From the NCBI GenBank assembly GCA_002009975.1, contig MTLP01000034.1, forward strand, positions 1 to 15,764: DNA of 15,764 nt. Reading direction: 5' to 3'. Below, piece after piece: positions 1-8,329 of this stretch. The first letter of the stretch is position 1. Each line of letters begins with the position of its first letter. The position numbers and the translations under genes were made by a program. The stretch comes from Thermococcus sp. JdFR-02 (GTDB taxonomy: Archaea; Methanobacteriota_B; Thermococci; Thermococcales; Thermococcaceae). A model generated the notes under the pieces. It saw nothing but the letters and a program-made list of their open reading frames with translations. It ran no database searches and was not told the DNA's origin.

Positions 1-49
1 CCACATCTTCTCGCCAGCACGCACGCAGAAAAAGGTGGTCCTCGCTCAC
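1..49 (-). CDS. 5' end of a gene running off the window; N-terminus resembles uroporphyrinogen decarboxylase (HemE/URO-D family)
   Basis: Minus strand reads GGAGG-CATGTG-GTG AGC GAG GAC CAC CTT TTT CTG CGT GCG TGC TGG CGA GAA GAT GTG = (M)SEDHLFLRACWREDV. This resembles the HemE N-terminal 'nDlFLRAcrrepV' pattern. Only 16 codons are visible; an SD (56-60) and a TATA box lie upstream. Confidence 0.35.
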   Translation of the reverse strand, partial: MSEDHLFLRACWREDV

Positions 50-84
50 CACATGCCTCCTGAGTAGGAAGTTGGAGAGGGAGG

Positions 85-98
85 ATTTAAAATTTTCC
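85..98 (-). promoter_or_regulatory. Putative archaeal BRE-TATA promoter for the leftward gene
   Basis: Minus strand GGAAAA-TTTTAAAT, an AT island in GC-rich DNA about 30 nt upstream of the GGAGG SD at 60-56. Confidence 0.5.
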
Positions 99-247
99 AT
101 GCCTGCCCCGGGCGTAGATGGGGGACGCTTGCCCTTGCGTCAATTGCAACCACTTTTTGGTTGATTCGCCCTTTCTGCCAAACAAGCGTCTTCTAGATGT
201 CCCAGTACCCCCTCTCAGGAGCCTCTCCGCCAGCCAGCGCAGCCCCG

Positions 248-268
248 AGAAAAAGGTATTTATTATAA
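248..268 (+). promoter_or_regulatory. Putative archaeal BRE-TATA promoter for the 301..1065 gene
   Basis: AGAAAAAGGTA-TTTATTATAA, followed by an SD-like GAGGGGG (288-294) and ATG at 301. Confidence 0.6.
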
Positions 269-300
269 CCCAACTAAGAGAAAAGCAGAGGGGGATCTCA

Positions 301-1065
301 ATGTCAAAGGGTGATCTGCTGATTTTCGTTCCCGACAGTATAATAGGGGGAATCATTGACCTGGTAACCGGGAGTTATGGATATTCGCATGTGGCGGTGG
401 ACATAGGAAACAGGGAGATGATAGAGGCAACAGTGGAAGAGGGAGTGGTGCGTAGCTCTATAGATAAGTACGGCGACAGAGCCTTTGTCCGCATAAACAT
501 GTCGGATAAGATAGATGTGGATGCGTTCACAAACTATCTTGAGGGCAAGGTGGACAGGGGATACGACATTCTTGAAGCGCTTACCTTCGGATTGATAAAC
601 GACCCGGATAAGTATACATGCAGCGGGCTTGTTGCAGCCTATAGCGAGATGGAAAAGTTGGGATTGAAGGGCTTCGTTACCCCGAATGAGCTTGCGAAAG
701 CTCTGGGAGCTCCACCTGGAAAAACAATAGAGAAGGAGCGCAGAGAGTCAGGAGACCTTGAAGGGACACTGGAAATGCTAAAAAGGAGAAGAGAAGCCCT
801 CCGGCAGCAACTAAAAAATCTGGAAGAAAAAGAGAGAGAAATAGACAGGGAGATTTCCAACCTGCTGGATAAATACAACGAATGTACTGAAGATTTGCCC
901 CCCTTTGACCCGCAAATGGAAGAGTGCGATAAAATAAAGGAGGAGATACTGGAGCTTTACAGGAAAAAAGAGGAAATCTATACGCAGGAGTCTGAAATTG
1001 CCGAAGCTCTGGCGGAAATTGAGAGGCAGATCAACGAGATTGTGAAGCAGCTTTCGGGTTATTAG
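301..1065 (+). CDS. Permuted papain-like (YiiX/YebB-like NlpC/P60, peptidase C92-type) amidase/acyltransferase domain with C-terminal coiled coil, 254 aa
   Basis: Motifs occur in permuted order: GDLLIF, YSH30V, IE42A...GV, GY88D, YTC107SGLV, VTPNEL. Residues ~142-254 are E/K/R/L-rich heptads. The start was moved from 118 to ATG 301 because of the promoter, the SD and the domain boundary. Tandem stops TAG TAA. Confidence 0.8.
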   Translation: MSKGDLLIFVPDSIIGGIIDLVTGSYGYSHVAVDIGNREMIEATVEEGVVRSSIDKYGDRAFVRINMSDKIDVDAFTNYLEGKVDRGYDILEALTFGLINDPDKYTCSGLVAAYSEMEKLGLKGFVTPNELAKALGAPPGKTIEKERRESGDLEGTLEMLKRRREALRQQLKNLEEKEREIDREISNLLDKYNECTEDLPPFDPQMEECDKIKEEILELYRKKEEIYTQESEIAEALAEIERQINEIVKQLSGY

Positions 1066-1136
1066 TAATATGCCCAAGACTCAAATAAGAAAACGCACCC
1101 CACATTTATAACCCAGCATTCAGCACCCTAATAACG

Positions 1137-1205
1137 TTATAATACCTTATCCACCGCCTTGGCTATGTCGAAATTCTCCTCTTGCAAGCCTCGCGTTTCC
1201 TTCAT
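1137..1205 (-). pseudogene. 22-codon ORF, probable remnant of a GT4 glycosyltransferase C-terminus
   Basis: Directly after the ugd stop: GAGGGAG-ATG...TAA encodes MKETRGLQEENFDIAKAVDKVL, similar to the GT4 terminal helix pattern (eMg..ar..veenFs...m.....). Confidence 0.3.
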
Positions 1206-1219
1206 CTCCCTCTGCGTCG

Positions 1220-2509
1220 CTACCAGCACACTCCCTCGTAGTGCTTCGACTTCTTCTTTGCCTCCTCCACCCTCCTCCCATCGATAACCACCTTATCTCT
1301 GTACAGCTCTTCATCTCTGTATTCGTCCCACTCCGTAACTATCAAAACGTACTCCCCCTGCTTCACCGCCTCTCTGGCATCCTCGTAAAACTTCAGGTTT
1401 TCATGCTGCCCCAGCACCTTCTTAGCATTCTTCACCGCCTTTGGATCTGTGGCATGCACCCTCGCGCCCTTATTTAAAAGCGTCTGAATTATCCTTATAG
1501 AAGGCGCCTCCCTGATATCGTCGGTACCCGGCTTAAACGCCAGCCCAAGCACAACAACGTCCTTCCCATCCAGAGAATCCACCATCTTCTCTAGGAGCTC
1601 CACAACCCTCAATGCCTGCCTCTCATTAACCTCCAGCGCTGCGTTGAGTATAATCGGGTAATAGTAAACCTCGCCCGCCTTGCCTATCAGAGCCTTAACA
1701 TCCTTCGGAAAGCAGCTGCCTCCAAACCCTATCCCGGCGTTGAGAAAGTGCGGAGAGATTCTCCTGTCCATGCCCAGCGCCTTTGCCACGTCGTAAACAT
1801 CTATCCCCAGAAGCTTGCAAATATTCCCTATCTCATTTATGAAGCTTATCTTGGTCACAAGGAATGAATTCGTCGCGTACTTTATCATCTCCGCCGTCCT
1901 GGGATTTGTGATGAAAAACCTGTCCTCATAATCCCTGTACAGCTCCTTCACAATATTCATCGACCTCTCATCAAGCCCGCCTATAATCACCCTGTCAGGA
2001 TTCAGGGAGTCGTAGACAGCGTTTCCCTCCCTCAGGAATTCCGGTACCATCACAACCCCAAAATCTTCGCCAGCCTTTTTGCCAGAGTACTCCTCAAGTA
2101 TTGGGATAACCACATGCTCCGTCGTACCAGGCACAACGGTGCTCTTGACTACCACCACGTGATAAGAATCCTTACCTCTCAGCGCTTTTCCCAGGCTTTT
2201 GCTCGCCTCCTTTATATAGCGCAGGTCAATGTAGTCGAATGAGCCCACAGGTGTGCCAACGCAGATGAATGAAACCTCTGAGTTTAAAACAGCCTCATCT
2301 AAATCTGTGGTAGCACTGAGCTTTCCTCCTTCCACCACCCTTTTAAGCATAGGCTCCAGGTCTCTCTCGAATATGGGCGGCTCGCCCCTGTTTATCATCT
2401 CCACCTTCTCTGCGTCGGTATCCACGCATATTACGCTGTGCCCCTTATCTGCGAATACAACGCCTGTCACAAGCCCAACGTAACCGGTGCCAATTATAGA
2501 AATCCTCAT
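1220..2509 (-). CDS. ugd: UDP-glucose 6-dehydrogenase (UDP-glucose/GDP-mannose dehydrogenase family; AglM-like), 429 aa
   Basis: GTGYVG Rossmann motif, CVGTP, KSTVVPGT, PEFLREG, catalytic GFGGSCFPKD, GLAFKPGTDDIRE, DGRR and C-terminal YEGVCW. Start placed at ATG 2509, which overlaps the upstream TGA (ATGA). Confidence 0.95.
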   Translation of the reverse strand: MRISIIGTGYVGLVTGVVFADKGHSVICVDTDAEKVEMINRGEPPIFERDLEPMLKRVVEGGKLSATTDLDEAVLNSEVSFICVGTPVGSFDYIDLRYIKEASKSLGKALRGKDSYHVVVVKSTVVPGTTEHVVIPILEEYSGKKAGEDFGVVMVPEFLREGNAVYDSLNPDRVIIGGLDERSMNIVKELYRDYEDRFFITNPRTAEMIKYATNSFLVTKISFINEIGNICKLLGIDVYDVAKALGMDRRISPHFLNAGIGFGGSCFPKDVKALIGKAGEVYYYPIILNAALEVNERQALRVVELLEKMVDSLDGKDVVVLGLAFKPGTDDIREAPSIRIIQTLLNKGARVHATDPKAVKNAKKVLGQHENLKFYEDAREAVKQGEYVLIVTEWDEYRDEELYRDKVVIDGRRVEEAKKKSKHYEGVCW

Positions 2510-3450
2510 CCCAGCATCTCCTCTGTGTACCATGCTATAAACCTCCGCAAGCCTTCCTCTATTCCCACTTTTGGCGAATACCCAAGCTCCCTCCTCGCCT
2601 TCGCTGTATCTGCATAGGTGTCTCTGACGTCACCCTTCTGCCTCTCTATGTACTCAACCTCAGCCTTCTTTCCTGTGATCTCCTCCATGAGCCTAATTAC
2701 CTCATTGACAGAAATTCTCGCTCCACCACCGATGTTGTACGCTTCGCCCAGCTTGCCTTTCTTTGCCGCCAGCAGATTTGCCTCCACCACATCGTCAATA
2801 TATGTGAAGTCTCTGGTTTGAGTGCCATCTCCGTACACCACTATTTTTTCTCCTCTCAGTATAGCCTTCACAAATTTGTGAAAAGCCATATCAGGGCGCT
2901 GCCTAGGGCCATAGACGGTAAAGTAGCGCAGCGATATTGCTGGAACGCCGTAGTTCTTCCAGTAGAGATAGCACAGGTGCTCTCCGGCGAGCTTTGTAAC
3001 ACCATAAGGAGAAACCGGCTTTGGAACATCGCTCTCCCGCATTGGCAGCTTCTCAGCGTCGCCATATACAGAGGAAGAGCTGGCATATACGAAGCGCTTT
3101 ATTTCTGCGTCTTTTGCAGCCTCTAACAGAGCCTGTGTCGCCAGAATGTTGTTGTCGGTGTAGTGCCTGAAGCTCTCGCCCCAGCTTGCCCTTACCCCCG
3201 CCTGCGCCGCCTGATGGAAGATGTAGTCTACGTTGCACAATATCTCGCTCAAATCAAGGCGGTTGATGTCCTCCTCTATGAAATGGAAGTTATCATCCTT
3301 TATGAATCCCCTCATATTTGCCTCCTTAATCTCCCTCGCATAGTAGTCAGTGAAGCTGTCTATCCCAACCACCTCATGCCCCTCTCTAAGAAGCCTCTCC
3401 ACCAGGTGAGAGCCGATAAAACCTGCGCAGCCAGTTACCAGGGATTTCAT
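2506..3450 (-). CDS. NAD-dependent nucleotide-sugar 4-epimerase (extended SDR; UDP-glucuronate/UDP-glucose 4-epimerase-like), ~314 aa
   Basis: GCAGFIG, AAQAGVR, SSSSVYG, YGVTK (YxxxK), RYFTVYGPRQRPDMAF, RDFTYIDD. AGGAG SD spacing favours ATG 3450 over 3456. Confidence 0.92.
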   Translation of the reverse strand: MKSLVTGCAGFIGSHLVERLLREGHEVVGIDSFTDYYAREIKEANMRGFIKDDNFHFIEEDINRLDLSEILCNVDYIFHQAAQAGVRASWGESFRHYTDNNILATQALLEAAKDAEIKRFVYASSSSVYGDAEKLPMRESDVPKPVSPYGVTKLAGEHLCYLYWKNYGVPAISLRYFTVYGPRQRPDMAFHKFVKAILRGEKIVVYGDGTQTRDFTYIDDVVEANLLAAKKGKLGEAYNIGGGARISVNEVIRLMEEITGKKAEVEYIERQKGDVRDTYADTAKARRELGYSPKVGIEEGLRRFIAWYTEEMLG

Positions 3451-3504
3451 GGGCATTTCTCCTACTCACATGTCATTCACTCTGTATGTTTTTCAGAACC
3501 AATT

Positions 3505-4614
3505 TTATATCATATTATATAATACTTTGTATTGTTCAACCATCCTTTCCACAGTAAAATTATTAATTGCTTTAGCATAACTTTCGTTTCCCATTTCTTT
3601 AATCTTTTCAGGATGCCTTATGAAATACTCCATATATGAGGCAAGTTCATTTGCGTCCTCCTTATCAACTAAAAACCCGTTTCTACCGTGCTCTACCAGC
3701 TCGCCAACACCTCCTACCTTTGTAGCGATTACCGGCAGGCCAGCAAACATAGCCTCAATAATAGTTATTGGTAGCCCCTCGAACCTTGAAGATAAAACAA
3801 AAACGTCAAAGTCAGATATTATATCCTGCGCGTTATCTCTAAATCCAAGCAGGAAGGCATTGCTCAGTCCATTTCTCCAAATAAACTCACTACATTCTCT
3901 ATAATATGGTCCATCCCCAACTAATACAAATTTGACATTAGAATACCTCGCAGACACAATCTTTGCAGCCTCTAAAAATAGCATAGGGTTCTTCGGATAT
4001 GCCAGCCTTGCTACCATGCCGAAGACGATATCTTTTTCTTCAACATCTATTTCGCCCCTTAGTTTCCCCTTATTAATGGAGTTCCTACTTATGCCATTGT
4101 GAATAACTACAAACTTTTCTGGGGGGGCAATTTTATTTTTAATTCCTTCTCTACGATCATTTTCTGAAACACAAATTATTTTAGTCGAAACATTTGCTGC
4201 AATTTTTTCAAGAAAGATAAGTAATTTATGAAGATGCCCATATTCGCCAGTATTATAAAAACTCCATCCATGAACAGTGAAAAATATCTTTTTTACGCCT
4301 GCAAACCATGCAGCAAATCTTCCCAGCAAACCAGCTTTGGTGCTGTGACAGTGCACAACATCGTAACCACCTTTTTTTGTTAGTTTGTACAGAGTAAATA
4401 GGGCTTTTAAATCATTATGTATAGAAATGTTACGCTTTAATGTAGGAATTTCATAAACAGATACTCCTTCCTCTTTAAGTCTGTTAACCAAGATTCCACC
4501 TGAACCACATGCCACTTCGACGTCGTATTCTTCTTTAAGTTTAGATATTAATTCGTAACAAACTTTTTGGGCCCCTCCCCAGGTGGAAAGAGTTATAACA
4601 TGGAGGATTTTAAT
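3505..4614 (-). CDS. GT4 (GT-B fold) glycosyltransferase, ~369 aa, apparently starting at a non-canonical ATT
   Basis: HCHSTKAG, FTVHGWSF, VIHNGI, ARLAYPKN, SRFEGLPITIIEAM (Ex7E). The frame stays open upstream of the called GTG 4515 and encodes the typical GT4 start KILHVITLSTWGGAQ. Confidence 0.9.
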   Translation of the reverse strand: MKILHVITLSTWGGAQKVCYELISKLKEEYDVEVACGSGGILVNRLKEEGVSVYEIPTLKRNISIHNDLKALFTLYKLTKKGGYDVVHCHSTKAGLLGRFAAWFAGVKKIFFTVHGWSFYNTGEYGHLHKLLIFLEKIAANVSTKIICVSENDRREGIKNKIAPPEKFVVIHNGISRNSINKGKLRGEIDVEEKDIVFGMVARLAYPKNPMLFLEAAKIVSARYSNVKFVLVGDGPYYRECSEFIWRNGLSNAFLLGFRDNAQDIISDFDVFVLSSRFEGLPITIIEAMFAGLPVIATKVGGVGELVEHGRNGFLVDKEDANELASYMEYFIRHPEKIKEMGNESYAKAINNFTVERMVEQYKVLYNMI

Positions 4615-4618
4615 TATC

Positions 4619-4627
4619 TCACCTCCT
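4619..4627 (-). promoter_or_regulatory. Strong Shine-Dalgarno AGGAGGTGA overlapping the GT2 stop codon
   Basis: Minus strand AGGAGGTGA-G-ATA-ATT-AAA-ATC. Confidence 0.75.
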
Positions 4628-5593
4628 AATTAATCTTTTTAATCGCATTAATATACTATATGCCTCATCTATAGTCATGACCCCTATTTCATCTAATTTG
4701 ATACCAATTGAATTAGGAAGAAGACTTATTGCAAATCTATACCAACATCGTGGCTGTATTGGATATATTTTTAGTGAATTCACATAATATTTAATTGCAT
4801 TTCTTGAATCCCCAGTTTTTAGTTTAAAGGTACCTACCATATATTGATATAGGGCTTCTTTCTTTTCCTCTGAGACAAATTTATTTATAACTCTTGAATT
4901 CATGTTATTTAATTCGTATCCCTTTTTCGTCATTGTCCTGTAAATCCCCTGTTCAACCATCTTTGCAACAGATTTTCTTGACAACCTATAATTGTACAAA
5001 GCTTCGGGAATTACATAAAATTTATAACCTAATGTAACTAACTTATGCCAAAGTGCATAATCCTGTGAGAATTTCCAAACCTCCGGATAAAAACCAGCTA
5101 TGCTCAAAACATCCTTTCTAATCATTACCGAGCCATGGCAGATTACATTTCTCCTCTTGAGAGTTCTATGTAATTTTTCTCCTTCGGGAATTTTTAATAT
5201 GCCTATTGGTTCTCCATTTTCTTCAATAACACGAACCCAGCTCGTTACAATTGCTACATCTGGATTGTTATTGAGGATTTCAACCTGCTTCTCAAGACGT
5301 TGTGGCTCAGATGTGTCATCGCCATCCATACGAGCAATATACTTTCCTTTAGCTAATTTAATTCCTTTATTCAAAGACTTGGCCAATCCACTCTTTTTTT
5401 GGTTAATTAATATTATTCTTCTGTCTTTTTGATAATCTTCTATAATTTTTTGAGAACCATCACTTGAACCATCATTTATAATTATGAATTCAAAATCACG
5501 ATATGTTTGATTTAGGATGCTTTCTATGGCTTCCTTAAGAAACTTTTCTTCGTTGTAGACACTCATAACCACACTAACTTTTGGATTTTCCAT
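4619..5593 (-). CDS. GT2 (GT-A fold) glycosyltransferase with C-terminal TPR-like helices, ~324 aa
   Basis: VSVVMSVYN, IINDGSSDG, ARMDGDD (DxD), HGSVMIR, SQDYALW; C-terminal ALYQYMVG...AIKYYVNSLKIYP is TPR-like. AGGTGA SD precedes ATG 5593. Confidence 0.93.
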   Translation of the reverse strand: MENPKVSVVMSVYNEEKFLKEAIESILNQTYRDFEFIIINDGSSDGSQKIIEDYQKDRRIILINQKKSGLAKSLNKGIKLAKGKYIARMDGDDTSEPQRLEKQVEILNNNPDVAIVTSWVRVIEENGEPIGILKIPEGEKLHRTLKRRNVICHGSVMIRKDVLSIAGFYPEVWKFSQDYALWHKLVTLGYKFYVIPEALYNYRLSRKSVAKMVEQGIYRTMTKKGYELNNMNSRVINKFVSEEKKEALYQYMVGTFKLKTGDSRNAIKYYVNSLKIYPIQPRCWYRFAISLLPNSIGIKLDEIGVMTIDEAYSILMRLKRLIRR

Positions 5594-7250
5594 GATAATT
5601 ATCACCTATAGAATATTTTCTCGTCTTGGTTTGAATAATCATTAATTTCAAAGAAACACTTATAGACACAATTATTAAAAGTATGATTGAGTTTATTATA
5701 ATGAAATTTTTATTAATAAGATCCAATTTATATAATAAAAGCGAAAATACTCCTCCAAACCCCATAGTAGCAATAGATAAAATGATTGCGGAAGTAAATA
5801 TAAAAAATTTTTGGGTTTCTCTATAAAATAGAATTTTTGATAGCGGATATCCTAATAAAAATAGAACACCAGTTGCTAATATTATATTGACTATTTGAAT
5901 CATTAGATCCAAATTAAAGGTATCAAAACTTTGAAATATGGCTTCCATAGGGATCATTAAAATAGGAGGATATAGATTAAATTCAAAATGTCTAGACCTA
6001 TCTACCTCTATTATACGGAATAATGACACTAAGATCAATAATGTTACTGTTAATATTACAGTAATTGTTTTAAAAAATTTAATATTTAAATTTTCATTTC
6101 TAAATAAGTTAAAAATTAGCATAGAACCAAATATTGCAATTAATGGGGTCATGAAATATGGAAATCTATCCATCATAAAACCGATGCCAAACAAATAATT
6201 CTGACTTAATAAATAATATGCCTGGAAGAGGGATAATAAAAAGAATAGTCCATTATGTGCCAGAACTTTCTTTCTAAAAATAAAAATATATCCAAATGTT
6301 AGGATAAACCACTGAATATTCCTAGCAACAAAACCTCTATCTGTAAACTGGCTCATTATAGTAAGGTGTTGAAATTTTTCAAGTGAATATCCAATACTTA
6401 ACTGTATTTTTTTTACAATAATGAAGTTTTGGAAAATATACACTTGGGAAGTATACAATAGAATCGCAAGAGAAATTACTGGAAGAATTCCTAATATAAA
6501 GGGTACAATTAAAATATGTTTTTTGAGATATGGATTTTTACTATTAAACAAATAAGTTGAAAGTATATAAATACCTAATGTCATGGGAACAATAAAGGTA
6601 TATGCATAGTGGCTCAGTGCTGCACTAATGCCTATTATTAATATTAATAATTTGGACGATTTAGGTCTATGTAATAACAATAAAATAAAAAACAAATAAA
6701 ACATTTGTCCAAGCATATTTCTGAATATGCTACTCATAGTTATTTGGTACCAGTGCACTAGGAAAAAAATGGCAGCAATCATTGAAAGGATAATATTTCC
6801 GGTTACTCGTTTAGTTATAAAATAGACACATAATGTCTGTAGGGTAAAAATAAGAGATCGTAATATTTTCAGCGCAATAATATCTTCTATTTGAAATATA
6901 GAAACGAAATAATGTGTTAACACTGGGAAAAATGGTTCTGGTGGCGTTCCTTCCTCAAATATCCATAATAAATCACCAGCTATAGCTCTATAGGGGGATA
7001 CTATCTCAGGTGTATTTTCCATATCGTAACTGAAAAATAATAAAGATACTGCAAGGGACAAAAGAATTAAAGAAGTTATGATAACATATTCAGAAACATT
7101 TCTATTCTTTGAACTTAATAAACCCACAATAAGAGGAAAAAATAGGATATAAACAAATACTAATGTAGGTACTATTAAAGATGATATTGGAATCAATAAT
7201 CCTAAAAGTACATATAAAATAATTCTTTTTTTAATTTTTAATATTCTCAT
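5574..7250 (-). CDS. Polytopic membrane protein, GT-C-like (lipid-linked sugar transferase or polymerase-like), 558 aa
   Basis: More than 12 hydrophobic segments. First loop contains GD...PPEPFF, followed by VYFITKRV...AAIFF, RNMLG, a TM-terminal His (ALSH) and a late DRFPYF motif, as seen in PMT_2/GT-C-type proteins. Located inside a glycan operon. Confidence 0.6.
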   Translation of the reverse strand: MRILKIKKRIILYVLLGLLIPISSLIVPTLVFVYILFFPLIVGLLSSKNRNVSEYVIITSLILLSLAVSLLFFSYDMENTPEIVSPYRAIAGDLLWIFEEGTPPEPFFPVLTHYFVSIFQIEDIIALKILRSLIFTLQTLCVYFITKRVTGNIILSMIAAIFFLVHWYQITMSSIFRNMLGQMFYLFFILLLLHRPKSSKLLILIIGISAALSHYAYTFIVPMTLGIYILSTYLFNSKNPYLKKHILIVPFILGILPVISLAILLYTSQVYIFQNFIIVKKIQLSIGYSLEKFQHLTIMSQFTDRGFVARNIQWFILTFGYIFIFRKKVLAHNGLFFLLSLFQAYYLLSQNYLFGIGFMMDRFPYFMTPLIAIFGSMLIFNLFRNENLNIKFFKTITVILTVTLLILVSLFRIIEVDRSRHFEFNLYPPILMIPMEAIFQSFDTFNLDLMIQIVNIILATGVLFLLGYPLSKILFYRETQKFFIFTSAIILSIATMGFGGVFSLLLYKLDLINKNFIIINSIILLIIVSISVSLKLMIIQTKTRKYSIGDNYHGKSKS

Positions 7251-7492
7251 ATATTACCCCATTTTTATTTTTCCATTATCATAAAAAACCACTTTTGTAA
7301 AAATTTCTTAAAATCTACTCACTCCTAAAAATCTTAATAAATTTTAATAATGCTGTTATTATACCATCCATCTCTATGACAGTTACCTTTTTTATTAGCT
7401 CAGGATTTTAAGAAGAGTTTAGTGCGTCTTCGGTTAAATAACCATACAGGGTCTTTTGGAGGTTCTAGCAAATCCATAATATAAAATAAATC

Positions 7493-8329
7493 TTATTTCT
7501 TTGCCTTCGCTACTATTAAAATCATGTGACCTACCGCATAGCAGATGATTTGAGAATATGAGAGACGGGAAAGGACTTCTCTTAACACTTTTCTGAGCGA
7601 ATTACTCTGAGATTTATTGCTTTCATAATTGGCCATTTTTGCAATCTCCCTAACCTTTGCCTCTTTTTTCAAACGAAATAAAATCGGTTTTAGAAAACTT
7701 ATTTCATCTTTCAACCCCTTGAAAGCATCGTAATAATATATATCTACAATATCAAATCCGATTTTTTCTATGTGATTGCAAATTTCATCCCTAGTAAACG
7801 CAAATTGAGAAAATTCGCCCTGTTGGTTAATTACTCCCAGTTTTTTCTTAACCCTTCTCAGCGGATTAAAATAAGGCACGCTACATATAAACACCCCACC
7901 ATCATCGAGAACCCTATAAGCCTCATTCAGAATCTTTTGTGGTCCCTCTTCATAATGTTCTACCACCCCAAGTGAAATATAGCCTTTTATTGAGTTATCA
8001 GGGTAATCGAGTTTAACAACGTCGCCGAACTTGACCGGCAAGTCAGGATACTGGCTTTTAATGAAGTTTATTGTTTCCTCAGCATAATCAATACCTTCAA
8101 TGTCATAACCTTTTTCTTTAAGCGCATATACCCAAGGAGCAAGTCCACAACCACCCTCAATGATTTTCCCTTCTTTAGGAAGGTATTTCTCGAAGATTGG
8201 CAGCAGTGTTCGATTATGCATATGTTTATAGTAATATTCCCTAAGGGAGGTACCTTCCAGAGTCTTTTTCCAGTGCTCATCCCAAAATTCTGAAGATTCA
8301 GATTTTTTGTGATACATTTTGAGTGGCAT
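7493..8329 (-). CDS. Class I SAM-dependent methyltransferase, 278 aa
   Basis: IIEGGCG motif I, GIDY, GDV, LGVVEHY, RVLDDGG..SVP; GAGGGAG SD. Confidence 0.88.
   Translation of the reverse strand: MPLKMYHKKSESSEFWDEHWKKTLEGTSLREYYYKHMHNRTLLPIFEKYLPKEGKIIEGGCGLAPWVYALKEKGYDIEGIDYAEETINFIKSQYPDLPVKFGDVVKLDYPDNSIKGYISLGVVEHYEEGPQKILNEAYRVLDDGGVFICSVPYFNPLRRVKKKLGVINQQGEFSQFAFTRDEICNHIEKIGFDIVDIYYYDAFKGLKDEISFLKPILFRLKKEAKVREIAKMANYESNKSQSNSLRKVLREVLSRLSYSQIICYAVGHMILIVAKAKK

Noticed and set aside
118-300. 61-aa N-terminal extension of the plus-strand ORF, including a CPCVNCNH motif
   Set aside because: It spans the hairpin and the TATA/SD signals that point to ATG 301, and the enzyme domain begins right at 301. 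A leaderless start at 118 is not fully excluded.
87-1077. Minus-strand ORFs 87-356, 639-878 and 811-1077
   Set aside because: Antisense shadows of the real gene and its promoter region, with no recognisable motifs.
1082-1093. T-rich minus-strand tract TTTTCTTATTTG as the operon terminator
   Set aside because: Plausible position but too weak and degenerate to call.
4121-4127. G7 tract in GT4, and A/T tracts of 7-9 nt (e.g. 11828-11836), as phase-variation sites
   Set aside because: The tracts are short, all affected genes are in frame, and A/T runs are expected at this composition. Read-level length variation would be needed to support this.
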